Below are positions 50,080 to 62,650 of a DNA stretch of 64,000 bases, one piece after another. The position numbers were made by a program, and so were the translations under genes. The stretch comes from Eledone cirrhosa (lineage: Eukaryota), in assembly GCA_964016885.1 (NCBI GenBank), contig OZ024744.1, forward strand, positions 130,324,001 to 130,388,000, given 5' to 3'. The number at the start of each line of letters is the position of its first letter. Positions within the stretch are counted from its first letter, which is position 1. The notes under the pieces were generated by a model, which ran no database searches, had not been told where the DNA came from, and saw nothing but the letters and a program-made list of their open reading frames with translations.

Positions 50080-52127
50080 AGTCGGGGTTAAGTTAAGTTG
50101 GCGTTAAGTTAAGTTGGCGTTAAGTTAAGTTAGGCTTAACTTAAGTTGGGGTTCAGTTAAGTTGGGGGTAAGTTAAGTTGGGGTTAAGTTAAGTTAGGGT
50201 TAAGTTAAGTTGGGGTTGAGTTAAGTTGGGGTTAATTAAGTGGTGGTTATGTTAAGTTGGGGTTAAGTTAAGTTGCGGTTAAGTTGGGGTTAAGTTAAGT
50301 TAGGGTTAAGTTAAGTTGGCGTTGAGTTAAGTTGGGGTTAATTAAGTGGTGGTTATGTTAAGTTGGGGTTAATTTAAATTGGGGTGAAGTTAACTTTGTG
50401 GTTAAGTTAAGTTGGGGTTAAGTTAAGTTGGGGTTAAGTTGGGGTTGAGTTAAGTTGGGGTTGAGTGAAGTTGGGGTTAAGTTAAGTTGGGGTAAAGTTA
50501 AGTTGGGGTTAAGTTAAGTCGGGGTTAAGTTAAGTTGTGGTTGAGTTAAGTTGGGGTTAATTTAAGTTGGGGCTAAGTTAATTTGTGGTTAAGTTAAGTT
50601 GGGGTTAAGTTAAGTTGGGGTTAAGTTAAGTTGGGGTTAAGTTAAGTTGCAGTTAAGTTAAGTTGAGGTTAAGTTAAGTTGGGGTTAAGTTAAGTTGGGG
50701 CTAAGTTAAGTTGGGGCTAAGTTAAGTTGGGGCTAAGTTAAGTTGGGGTTAAGTTAAGTTGGGGTTAAGTTAACTTGGGGTTAAGTTAAGTTGGGGTTAA
50801 GTTAAGTTGGGGTTAAGTTAAGTTGGTGTTAAGTTAAGTTGGGGCTAAGTTAAGTTGGGGCTGAGTTAAGTTGGGGCTGAGTTAAGTTGGGGTTAAGTTA
50901 AGTTGGGGTTGAGTTAAGTTGGGGTTAAGTTAAGTTGGGGTCAAGTTAAGTTGGGGTTAAGTTGGGGTTAAGTTAAGTTAGGTTTAAGTTAAGTTGGGGT
51001 TAAGTTAAGTTGGGGTTAAGTTAAGTTGGGGTTAAGTTAAGTTGGGGTTAAGTTAATTTGTGGTTAAGTTAAGTTGGGGTTAAGTTAAGTTGGGGTTAAG
51101 TTAAGTCGGGGTTAAGTTAAGTTGGGGTTAAGTTAAGTTGGGGTTAATTTAAGTTGGGGTTAAGTTAAGTTGGGGTTAAGTTAAGTTGGGGATAATTTAA
51201 GTTGGGGTTAAGTTAAGTTTGGGTTTAAGTTAAGTTGGGGTTAAGTTAAGTTGGGGTTAAGTTAAGTTGGGGTTAAGTTAAGTTGGTTAGTTAAGTTGAG
51301 TTTAAGTTAAGTTGGGGTTAAATTAAGTTGGGGTTAAGTTAAGCTGGGGTTAAGTTAAGTTGGGGTTAAGTTAAGTTGGGGTTAATTTAAGTTGGGGTTA
51401 AGTTAAGTTGCGGGTAATTTAAGTTGGGGTTAAGTTAAGTTGGGGTTAAGTTAAGTTGGGGTTAAGTTAAGTTGGGGTTTATTTAAGTTGGGGTTAAGTT
51501 AAGTTGGGGTTCAGTTAAGTTGGGGTTCAGTTAAGTTGGGGTTAAGTTAAGTTGGGGTTAAGATGGGGTTAAATTACGTTGGAGTTAAGTTAAGTTGGGG
51601 TTAAGTTAAGTTGGGGTTAAGTTAAGTTGGGGTTAAGTTAAGTCGGGGTTAATTTAAGTCGGGGTTAAGTTAAGTTAGGGTTCAGTTAAGTTGGGGTTAA
51701 GTTAAGTTGGGCTTGAGTTAAGTTGGGGTTGAGTTAAATTGGGGTTGAGTTAAGTTGGGGTTGAGTTAAGTTGGTGTTGAGTTAAGTTGGGGTTAAGTTA
51801 AGTTGGGGTTAAGTTAAGTTGCAGTTAAGTTAAGTTGAGGTTAAGTTAAGGTGCGGTTAAGTTAAGTTGGGCTTAAGTTAAGTTGGGGCAAAGTTAAGTT
51901 GGGGCTAAGTTAAGTTGGGGCTAAGTTAAGTTGGGGTTAAGTTAAGTTGGGATTAAGTTAAGTCGGGGTTAAGTTAAGTTGGGGTTAAGTTAAGTTGGGG
52001 TTAAGTTAAGTTGGGGTTAAGTTAAGTTGGTTAGTTAAGTTGAGTTTAAGTTAAGTTGGGGTTAATTTAAGTTGGGGTTAAGTTAAGTTGGGGTTAAGTT
52101 AAGTTGGGGTTAAGTTAAGTTGGGGTT

Positions 52128-52302
52128 AACCCCAACTTAACTTAACCCCAACTTCACTCAACCCCAACGTAACTCAACCCCAACTTAACTTAACCCCAAC
52201 TTCACTCAACCCCAACTTAACTTAACCCCAACTTCACTCAACCCCAACTTCCAACTTGACTTAACCCCAACTTAACTTAGCCCCAACTTAACTTAAGCCC
52301 AA
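52128..52302 (-). repeat. Inverted segment 23 (175-bp class)
   Basis: Scar present. Confidence 0.95.
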
Positions 52303-53831
52303 AGTCGGGGTTAAGTTAAGTTGGCGTTAAGTTAAGTTGGCGTTAAGTTAAGTTAGGCTTAACTTAAGTTGGGGTTCAGTTAAGTTGGGGGTAAGTTAAG
52401 TTGGGGTTAAGTTAAGTTAGGGTTAAGTTAAGTTGGGGTTGAGTTAAGTTGGGGTTAATTAAGTGGTGGTTATGTTAAGTTGGGGTTAAGTTAAGTTGGG
52501 GTTAATTTAAATTGGGGTTAAGTTAACTTTGTGGTTAAGTTAAGTTGGGGTTAAGTTAAGTTGGGGTAAAGTTGGGGTTGAGTTAAGTTGGGGTTGAGTG
52601 AAGTTGGGGTTAAGTTAAGTTGGGGTTAAGTTAAGTTGGGGTTAAGATAAGTCGGGGTTAAGTTAAGTTGTGGTTGAGTTAAGTTGGGGTTAAGTTAAGT
52701 TGGGGTTAAGTTAAGTTGGGGTTGAGTTAAGTTGGGGCTAAGTTAATTTGGGGTTAAGTTAAGTTGGGGTTAAGTTAAGTTGGGTTTAAGTTAAGTTGGG
52801 GTTAAATTAAGTTGGGGTTAAATTAAGTTGGGGTTAAGTTAAGTTGGGGGTAAGTTAAGTTGGGGCTGAGTTAAGTTGGGGTTAAGTTAAGTTGAGGTTA
52901 AGTTAAGTTGGGGTTAAATTAAGTTGGGGTTAAGTTAAGTTGGGGTTAAGTTAAGTTGGGGATAAGTTAAGTTGGGGATAATTTAAGTTGGGGTTAAGTT
53001 AAGTTGGGGTTAAGTTAAGTTGGGGTTAAGTTAAGTTGGGGATAAGTTAAGTTGGGGTTAAGTTAAGTTGGGGTTAAGTTAAGTTGGGGTTAAGTTAAGT
53101 TGGGGCTAAGTTAAGTTGGGGCTGAGTTAAGTTGGGGTTAAGTTAAGTTGGGGGTTAAGTTAAGTTGGGGTTAAGTTAAGTTGGGGTTTATTTAAGTTGG
53201 GGTTAAGTTAAGTTGGGGTTCAGTTAAGTTGGGGTTAAGTTAAGTTGGGGTTAAGATGGGGTTAAATTAAGTTGGGGTTAAGTTAAGTTGGGGTTAAGTT
53301 AAGTTGGGGTTAAGTTAAGTTGGGGTTAAGTTAAGTCGGGGTTAAGTTAAGTCGGGGTTAAGTTAAGTTAGGGTTCAGTTAAGTTGGGGTTAAGTTAAGT
53401 TGGGGTTGAGTTAAGTTGGGGTTGAGTTAAATTGGGGTTGAGTTAAGTTGGGGTTAAGTTAAGTTGCAGTTAAGTTAAGTTGAGGTTAAGTTAAGGTGCG
53501 GTTAAGTTAAGTTGGGGTTAAGTTAAGTTGGGGCTAAGTTAAGTTGGGGCTAAGTTAAGTTGGGGTTAAGTTACGTTGGGGTTAAGTTAAGTCGGGGTTA
53601 AGTTAAGTTGGGGTTAAGTTAAGTTGGGGTTAATTTAAGTTGGGGTTAAGTTAAGTTGGGGTTAAGTTAAGTTGGGGTTAAGTTAAGTTGGGGTTAAGTT
53701 GGGTTTAAGTTAAGTTGGGGTTAAGTTAAGTTGGTTAGTTAAGTTGAGTTTAAGTTAAGTTGGGGTTAATTTAAGTTGGGGTTAAGTTAAGTTGGGGTTA
53801 AGTTAAGTTGGGGTTAAGTTAAGTTGGGGTT

Positions 53832-54047
53832 AACCCCAACTTAACTTAACCCCAACTTAACTTAACCCCAACTTCACTCAACCCCAACGTAACTCAACCC
53901 CAATTTAACTTAACCCCAACTTCACTCAACCCCAACTTAACTTAACCCCAACTTCACTCAATCCCAACTTAAGTCAACCCCAACTTAACTTAACCCCAAC
54001 TTGACTTAACCCCAACTTAACTTAGCCCCAACTTAACTTAAGCCCAA
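53832..54047 (-). repeat. Inverted segment 24 (216-bp class)
   Basis: Class variants CAATTT and CAATCCC. Confidence 0.95.
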
Positions 54048-55270
54048 AGTCGGGGTTAAGTTAAGTTGGCGTTAAGTTAAGTTAGGCTTAACTTAAGTTG
54101 GGGGTAAGTTAAGTTGGGGGTAAGTTAAGTTGGGGTTAAGTTAAGTTGCGGTTAAGTTGGGGTTAAGTTAAGTTAGGGTTAAGTTAAGTTGGCGTTGAGT
54201 TAAGTTGGGGTTAATTAAGTGGTGGTTATGTTAAGTTGGGGTTAATTTAAATTGGGGTGAAGTTAACTTTGTGGTTAAGTTAAGTTGGGGTTAAGTTAAG
54301 TTGGGGTTAAGTTGGGGTTGAGTTAAGTTGGGGTTGAGTGAAGTTGGGGTTAAGTTAAGTTGGGGTAAAGTTAAGTTGGGGTTAAGTTAAGTCGGGGTTA
54401 AGTTAAGTTGTGGTTGAGTTAAGTTGGGGTTAATTTAAGTTGGGGCTAAGTTAATTTGTGGTTAAGTTAAGTTGGGGTTAAGTTAAGTTGGGGTTAAGTT
54501 AAGTTGGGGTTAAGTTAAGTTGCAGTTAAGTTAAGTTGAGGTTAAGTCAAGTTGGGGTTAAGTTAAGTTGGGGTTAAGTTAACTTGGGGTTCAGTTAAGT
54601 TGGGGCTAAGTTAAGTTGGGGTTAAGATGGGGTTAAATTAAGTTGGGGTTAAGTTAAGTTGGGGTTAAGTTAAGTTGGGGTTAAGTTAAGTTGGGGTTAA
54701 GTTAAGTCGGGGTTAAGTTAAGTTAGGGTTCAGTTAAGTTGGGGTTAAGTTAAGTTGGGGTTGAGTTAAGTTGGGGTTGAGTTAAATTGGGGTTGAGTTA
54801 AGTTGGGGTTGAGTTAAGTTGGTGTTGAGTGAGTTGGGGTTAATTTAAGTTGGGGTTAAGTTAAGTTGCAGTTAAGTTAAGTTGAGGTTAAGTTAAGGTG
54901 CGGTTAAGTTAAGTTGGGGTTAAGTTAAGTTGGGGCTAAGTTAAGTTGGGGCTAAGTTAAGTTGGGGCTAAGTTAAGTTGGGGTTAAGTTACGTTGGGGT
55001 TAAGTTAAGTCGGGGCTAAGTTAAGTTGGGGTTAAGTTAAGTTGGGGTTAATTTAAGTTGGGGTTGAGTTAAGTTGGGGTTAAGTTTAGTTGGGGTTAAG
55101 TTAAGTTGGGGTTAAGTTAAGTTGGGTTTAAGTTAAGTTGGGGTTAAGTTAAGTTGGGGTCAAGTTAAGTTGGGGTTAAGTTAAGTTGGTTAGTTAAGTT
55201 GAGTTTAAGTTAAGTTGGGGTTAATTTAAGTTGGGGTTAAGTTAAGTTGGGGTTAAGTTAAATTGGGGTT

Positions 55271-55454
55271 AACCCCAACTTAACTTAACCCCAACTTCAC
55301 TCAACCCCAACGTAACTCAACCCCAACTTAACTTAACCCCAACTTCACTCAACCCCAACTTAACTTAACCCCAACTTCACTCAACCCCAACTTAAGTCAA
55401 CCCCAACTTAACTTAACCCCAACTTGACTTAACCCCAACTTAACTTAAGCCCAA
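55271..55454 (-). repeat. Inverted segment 25 (184-bp class)
   Basis: GTCGGAG right flank, AAATTGGGG left flank. Confidence 0.95.
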
Positions 55455-57253
55455 AGTCGGAGTTAAGTTAAGTTGGCGTTAAGTTAAGTTAGGCTTAACT
55501 TAAGTTGGGGGTAAGTTAAGTTGGGGGTAAGTTAAGTTGGGGTTAAGTTAAGTTGCGGTTAAGTTGGGGTTAAGTTAAGTTAGGGTTAAGTTAAGTTGGC
55601 GTTGAGTTAAGTTGGGGTTAATTAAGTGGTGGTTATGTTAAGTTGGGGTTAATTTAAATTGGGGTGAAGTTAACTTTGTGGTTAAGTTAAGTTGCAGTTA
55701 AGTTAAGTTGAGGTTAAGTTAAGTTGGGGTTAAATTAAGTTGGGGTTAAGTTAAGTTGGGGCTAAGTTAAGTTGGGGCTAAGTTAAGTTGGGGCTAAGTT
55801 AAGTTGGGGTTAAGTTAAGTTGGGGTTAAGTTAAGTTGGGGTTAAGTTAAGTTGGGGTTAAGTTAAGTTGGTGTTAAGTTAAGTTGGGGCTAAGTTAAGT
55901 TGGGGCTGAGTTAAGTTGGGGCTGAGTTAAGTTGGGATTAAGTTAAGTTGGGGTTGAGTTAAGTTGGGGTTAAGTTAAGTTGGGGTCAAGTTAAGTTGGG
56001 GTTAAGTTGGGGTTAAGTTAAGTTAGGTTTAAGTTAAGTTGGGGTTAAGTTAAGTTGGGGTTAAGTTAAGTTGGGGTTAAGTTAAGTTGGGGTTAAGTTA
56101 AGTTGGGGTTAAGTTAATTTGTGGTTAAGTTAAGTTGGGGTTAAGTTAAGTTGGGGTTAAGTTAAGTCGGGGTTAAGTTAAGTTGGGGTTAAGTTAAGTT
56201 GGGGTTAATTTAAGTTGGGGTTAAGTTAAGTTGGGGATTAAGTTAAGTTGGGGATAATTTAAGTTGGGGTTAAGTTAAGTTTGGGTTTAAGTTAAGTTGG
56301 GGTTAAGTTAAGTTGGGGTTAAGTTAAGTTGGGGTTAAGTTAAGTTGGTTAGTTAAGTTGAGTTTAAGTTAAGTTGGGGTTAATTTAAGTTGGGGTTAAG
56401 TTAAGCTGGGGTTAAGTTAAGTTGGGGTTAAGTTAAGTTGGGGTTAATTTAAGTTGGGGTTAAGTTAAGTTGCGGGTAATTTAAGTTGGGGTTAAGTTAA
56501 GTTGGGGTTAAGTTAAGTTGGGGTTAAGTTAAGTTGGGGTTAAGTTAAGTTGGGGTTAAGTTAAGTTGGGGCTAATTTAAGTTGGGGCTGAGTTAAGTTG
56601 GGGTTAAGTTAAGTTGGGGTTAAGTTAAGTTGGGGTTAAGTTAAGTTGGGGTTTATTTAAGTTGGGGTTAAGTTAAGTTGGGGTTCAGTTAAGTTGGGGT
56701 TCAGTTAAGTTGGGGTTAAGATGGGGTTAAATTACGTTGGAGTTAAGTTAAGTTGGGGCTAAGTTAAGTTGGGGTTAAGTTAAGTTGGGGTTAAGTTAAG
56801 TCGGGGTTAATTTAAGTCGGGGTTAAGTTAAGTTAGGGTTCAGTTAAGTTGGGGTTAAGTTAAGTTGGGCTTGAGTTAAGTTGGGGTTGAGTTAAATTGG
56901 GGTTGAGTTAAGTTGGGGTTGAGTTAAGTTGGTGTTGAGTTAAGTTGGGGTTAAGTTAAGTTGGGGTTAAGTTAAGTTGCAGTTAAGTTAAGTTGAGGTT
57001 AAGTTAAGGTGCGGTTAAGTTAAGTTGGGCTTAAGTTAAGTTGGGGCTAAGTTAAGTTGGGGCTAAGTTAAGTTGGGGCTAAGTTAAGTTGGGGTTAAGT
57101 TAAGTTGGGGTTAAGTTAAGTCGGGGTTAAGTTAAGTTGGGGTTAAGTTAAGTTGGGGTTAAGTTAAGTTGGGGTTAAGTTAAGTTGGTTAGTTAAGTTG
57201 AGTTTAAGTTAAGTTGGGGTTAATTTAAGTTGGGGTTAAGTTAAGTTGGGGTT

Positions 57254-57428
57254 AACCCCAACTTAACTTAACCCCAACATCACTCAACCCCAACGTAACT
57301 CAACCCCAACTTAACTTAACCCCAACTTCACTCAACCCCAACTTAACTTAACCCCAACTTCACTCAACCCCAACTTCCAACTTGACTTAACCCCAACTTA
57401 ACTTAGCCCCAACTTAACTTAAGCCCAA
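57254..57428 (-). repeat. Inverted segment 26 (175-bp class)
   Basis: Scar present. Confidence 0.95.
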
Positions 57429-59005
57429 AGTCGGGGTTAAGTTAAGTTGGCGTTAAGTTAAGTTGGCGTTAAGTTAAGTTAGGCTTAACTTAAGTTGGGG
57501 TTCAGTTAAGTTGGGGGTAAGTTAAGTTGGGGTTAAGTTAAGTTAGGGTTAAGTTAAGTTGGGGTTGAGTTAAGTTGGGGTTAATTAAGTGGTGGTTATG
57601 TTAAGTTGGGGTTAAGTTAAGTTGGGGTTAATTTAAATTGGGGTTAAGTTAACTTTGTGGTTAAGTTAAGTTGGGGTTAAGTTAAGTTGGGGTAAAGTTG
57701 GGGTTGAGTTAAGTTGGGGTTGAGTGAAGTTGGGGTTAAGTTAAGTTGGGGTTAAGTTAAGTTGGGGTTAAGATAAGTCGGGGTTAAGTTAAGTTGTGGT
57801 TGAGTTAAGTTGGGGTTAATTTAAGTTGGGGCTAAGTTAATTTGTGGTTAAGTTAAGTTGTGGTTAAGTTAAGTTGGGGTTAAGTTAAGTTGGGGTTGAG
57901 TTAAGTTGGGGCTAAGTTAATTTGGGGTTAAGTTAATTTGGGGTTAAGTTAAGTTGGGGTTAAGTTAAGTTGGGTTTAAGTTAAGTTGGGGTTAAATTAA
58001 GTTGGGGTTAAATTAAGTTGGGGTTAAGTTAAGTTGGGGGTAAGTTAAGTTGGGGCTGAGTTAAGTTGGGGTTAAGTTAAGTTGAGGTTAAGTTAAGTTG
58101 GGGTTAAATTAAGTTGGGGTTAAGTTAAGTTGGGGTTAAGTTAAGTTGGGGATAAGTTAAGTTGGGGATAATTTAAGTTGGGGTTAAGTTAAGTTGGGGT
58201 TAAGTTAAGTTGGGGTTAAGTTAAGTTGGGGATAAGTTAAGTTGGGGTTAAGTTAAGTTGGGGTTAAGTTAAGTTGGGGTTAAGTTAAGTTGGGGCTAAG
58301 TTAAGTTGGGGCTGAGTTAAGTTGGGGTTAAGTTAAGTTGGGGGTTAAGTTAAGTTGGGGTTAATTTAAGTTGGGGTTTATTTAAGTTGGGGTTAAGTTA
58401 AGTTGGGGTTCAGTTAAGTTGGGGTTAAGTTAAGTTGGGGTTAAGATGGGGTTAAATTAAGTTGGGGTTAAGTTAAGTTGGGGTTAAGTTAAGTTGGAGT
58501 TAAGTTAAGTTGGGGTTAAGTTAAGTCGGGGTTAAGTTAAGTCGGGGTTAAGTTAAGTTAGGGTTCAGTTAAGTTGGGGTTAAGTTAAGTTGGGGTTGAG
58601 TTAAGTTGGGGTTGAGTTAAATTGGGGTTGAGTTAAGTTGGGGTTAAGTTAAGTTGCAGTTAAGTTAAGTTGAGGTTAAGTTAAGGTGCGGTTAAGTTAA
58701 GTTGGGGTTAAGTTAAGTTGGGGCTAAGTTAAGTTGGGGCTAAGTTAAGTTGGGGTTAAGTTACGTTGGGGTTAAGTTAAGTCGGGGTTAAGTTAAGTTG
58801 GGGTTAAGTTAAGTTGGGGTTAATTTAAGTTGGGGTTAAGTTAAGTTGGGGTTAAGTTAAGTTGGGGTTAAGTTAAGTTGGGGTTAAGTTGGGTTTAAGT
58901 TAAGTTGGGGTTAAGTTAAGTTGGTTAGTTAAGTTGAGTTTAAGTTAAGTTGGGGTTAATTTAAGTTGGGGTTAAGTTAAGTTGGGGTTAAGTTAAGTTG
59001 GGGTT

Positions 59006-59221
59006 AACCCCAACTTAACTTAACCCCAACTTAACTTAACCCCAACTTCACTCAACCCCAACGTAACTCAACCCCAATTTAACTTAACCCCAACTTCACT
59101 CAACCCCAACTTAACTTAACCCCAACTTCACTCAATCCCAACTTAAGTCAACCCCAACTTAACTTAACCCCAACTTGACTTAACCCCAACTTAACTTAGC
59201 CCCAACTTAACTTAAGCCCAA
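59006..59221 (-). repeat. Inverted segment 27 (216-bp class)
   Basis: Class variants CAATTT and CAATCCC. Confidence 0.95.
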
Positions 59222-60492
59222 AGTCGGGGTTAAGTTAAGTTGGCGTTAAGTTAAGTTAGGCTTAACTTAAGTTGGGGGTAAGTTAAGTTGGGGGTAAGTT
59301 AAGTTGGGGTTAAGTTAAGTTGCGGTTAAGTTGGGGTTAAGTTAAGTTAGGGTTAAGTTAAGTTGGCGTTGAGTTAAGTTGGGGTTAATTAAGTGGTGGT
59401 TATGTTAAGTTGGGGTTAATTTAAATTGGGGTGAAGTTAACTTTGTGGTTAAGTTAAGTTGGGGTTAAGTTAAGTTGGGGTTAAGTTGGGGTTGAGTTAA
59501 GTTGGGGTTGAGTGAAGTTGGGGTTAAGTTAAGTTGGGGTAAAGTTAAGTTGGGGTTAAGTTAAGTCGGGGTTAAGTTAAGTTGTGGTTGAGTTAAGTTG
59601 GGGTTAATTTAAGTTGGGGCTAAGTTAATTTGTGGTTAAGTTAAGTTGGGGTTAAGTTAAGTTGGGGTTAAGTTAAGTTGGGGTTAAGTTAAGTTGCAGT
59701 TAAGTTAAGTTGAGGTTAATCAAGTTGGGGTTAAGTTAAGTTGGGGTTAAGTTAACTTGGGGTTCAGTTAAGTTGGGGCTAAGTTAAGTTGGGGTTAAGA
59801 TGGGGTTAAATTAAGTTGGGGTTAAGTTAAGTTGGGGTTAAGTTAAGTTGGGGTTAAGTTAAGTTGGGGTTAAGTTAAGTCGGGGTTAAGTTAAGTCGGG
59901 GTTAAGTTAAGTTAGGGTTCAGTTAAGTTGGGGTTAAGTTAAGTTGGGGTTGAGTTAAGTTGGGGTTGAGTTAAATTGGGGTTGAGTTAAGTTGGGGTTG
60001 AGTTAAGTTGGTGTTGAGTTAAGTTGGGGTTAAGTTAAGTTGGGGTTAAGTTAAGTTGCAGTTAAGTTAAGTTGAGGTTAAGTTAAGGTGCGGTTAAGTT
60101 AAGTTGGGGTTAAGTTAAGTTGGGGCTAAGTTAAGTTGGGGCTAAGTTAAGTTGGGGCTAAGTTAAGTTGGGGTTAAGTTACGTTGGGGTTAAGTTAAGT
60201 CGGGGCTAAGTTAAGTTGGGGTTAAGTTAAGTTGGGGTTAATTTAAGTTGGGGTTGAGTTAAGTTGGGGTTAAGTTTAGTTGGGGTTAAGTTAAGTTGGG
60301 GTTAAGTTAAGTTGGGTTTAAGTTAAGTTGGGGTTAAGTTAAGTTGGGGTCAAGTTAAGTTGGGGTTAAGTTAAGTTGGTTAGTTAAGTTGAGTTTAAGT
60401 TAAGTTGGGGTTAATTTAAGTTGGGGTTAAGTTAAGTTGGGGTTAAGTTAATTTGGGGTTAAGTTAAGTTGGGGTTAAGTTAAATTGGGGTT

Positions 60493-60676
60493 AACCCCAA
60501 CTTAACTTAACCCCAACTTCACTCAACCCCAACGTAACTCAACCCCAACTTAACTTAACCCCAACTTCACTCAACCCCAACTTAACTTAACCCCAACTTC
60601 ACTCAACCCCAACTTAAGTCAACCCCAACTTAACTTAACCCCAACTTGACTTAACCCCAACTTAACTTAAGCCCAA
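60493..60676 (-). repeat. Inverted segment 28 (184-bp class)
   Basis: GTCGGAG right flank, AAATTGGGG left flank. Confidence 0.95.
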
Positions 60677-62475
60677 AGTCGGAGTTAAGTTAAGTTGGCG
60701 TTAAGTTAAGTTAGGCTTAACTTAAGTTGGGGGTAAGTTAAGTTGGGGGTAAGTTAAGTTGGGGTTAAGTTAAGTTGCGGTTAAGTTGGGGTTAAGTTAA
60801 GTTAGGGTTAAGTTAAGTTGGCGTTGAGTTAAGTTGGGGTTAATTAAGTGGTGGTTATGTTAAGTTGGGGTTAATTTAAATTGGGGTGAAGTTAACTTTG
60901 TGGTTAAGTTAAGTTGCAGTTAAGTTAAGTTGAGGTTAAGTTATGTTGGGGTTAAGTTAAGTTGGGGTTAAGTTAAGTTGGGGCTAAGTTAAGTTGGGGC
61001 TAAGTTAAGTTGGGGCTAAGTTAAGTTGGGGTTAAGTTAAGTTGGGGTTAAGTTAAGTTGGGGTTAAGTTAAGTTGGGGTTAAGTTAAGTTGGTGTTAAG
61101 TTAAGTTGGGGCTAAGTTAAGTTGGGGCTGAGTTAAGTTGGGGCTGAGTTAAGTTGGGATTAAGTTAAGTTGGGGTTGAGTTAAGTTGGGGTTAAGTTAA
61201 GTTGGGGTCAAGTTAAGTTGGGGTTAAGTTGGGGTTAAGTTAAGTTAGGTTTAAGTTAAGTTGGGGTTAAGTTAAGTTGGGGTTAAGTTAAGTTGGGGTT
61301 AAGTTAAGTTGGGGTTAAGTTAAGTTGGGGTTAAGTTAATTTGTGGTTAAGTTAAGTTGGGGTTAAGTTAAGTTGGGGTTAAGTTAAGTCGGGGTTAAGT
61401 TAAGTTGGGGTTAAGTTAAGTTGGGGTTAATTTAAGTTGGGGTTAAGTTAAGTTGGGGATTAAGTTAAGTTGGGGATAATTTAAGTTGGGGTTAAGTTAA
61501 GTTTGGGTTTAAGTTAAGTTGGGGTTAAGTTAAGTTGGGGTTAAGTTAAGTTGGGGTTAAGTTAAGTTGGTTAGTTAAGTTGAGTTTAAGTTAAGTTGGG
61601 GTTAATTTAAGTTGGGGTTAAGTTAAGCTGGGGTTAAGTTAAGTTGGGGTTAAGTTAAGTTGGGGTTAATTTAAGTTGGGGTTAAGTTAAGTTGCGGGTA
61701 ATTTAAGTTGGGGTTAAGTTAAGTTGGGGTTAAGTTAAGTTGGGGTTAAGTTAAGTTGGGGTTAAGTTAAGTTGGGGTTAAATTAAGTTGGGGCTAATTT
61801 AAGTTGGGGCTGAGTTAAGTTGGGGTTAAGTTAAGTTGGGGTTAAGTTAAGTTGGGGTTAAGTTAAGTTGGGGTTTATTTAAGTTGGGGTTAAGTTAAGT
61901 TGGGGTTCAGTTAAGTTGGGGTTCAGTTAAGTTGGGGTTAAGATGGGGTTAAATTACGTTGGAGTTAAGTTAAGTTGGGGTTAAGTTAAGTTGGGGTTAA
62001 GTTAAGTTGGGGTTAAGTTAAGTCGGGGTTAATTTAAGTCGGGGTTAAGTTAAGTTAGGGTTCAGTTAAGTTGGGGTTAAGTTAAGTTGGGCTTGAGTTA
62101 AGTTGGGGTTGAGTTAAATTGGGGTTGAGTTAAGTTGGGGTTGAGTTAAGTTGGTGTTGAGTTAAGTTGGGGTTAAGTTAAGTTGGGGTTAAGTTAAGTT
62201 GCAGTTAAGTTAAGTTGAGGTTAAGTTAAGGTGCGGTTAAGTTAAGTTGGGCTTAAGTTAAGTTGGGGCTAAGTTAAGTTGGGGCTAAGTTAAGTTGGGG
62301 CTAAGTTAAGTTGGGGTTAAGTTAAGTTGGGGTTAAGTTAAGTCGGGGTTAAGTTAAGTTGGGGTTAAGTTAAGTTGGGGTTAAGTTAAGTTGGGGTTAA
62401 GTTAAGTTGGTTAGTTAAGTTGAGTTTAAGTTAAGTTGGGGTTAATTTAAGTTGGGGTTAAGTTAAGTTGGGGTT

Positions 62476-62650
62476 AACCCCAACTTAACTTAACCCCAAC
62501 TTCACTCAACCCCAACGTAACTCAACCCCAACTTAACTTAACCCCAACTTCACTCAACCCCAACTTAACTTAACCCCAACTTCACTCAACCCCAACTTCC
62601 AACTTGACTTAACCGCAACTTAACTTAGCCCCAACTTAACTTAAGCCCAA
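62476..62650 (-). repeat. Inverted segment 29 (175-bp class)
   Basis: Scar present. Confidence 0.95.

Noticed and set aside
1603-62650. Inversions as sequencing fold-back chimeras
   Set aside because: They do not mirror adjacent sequence, they recur with the same junctions and heritable allele classes, and they revert after a fixed length. Exact copy number could still be affected by assembly.
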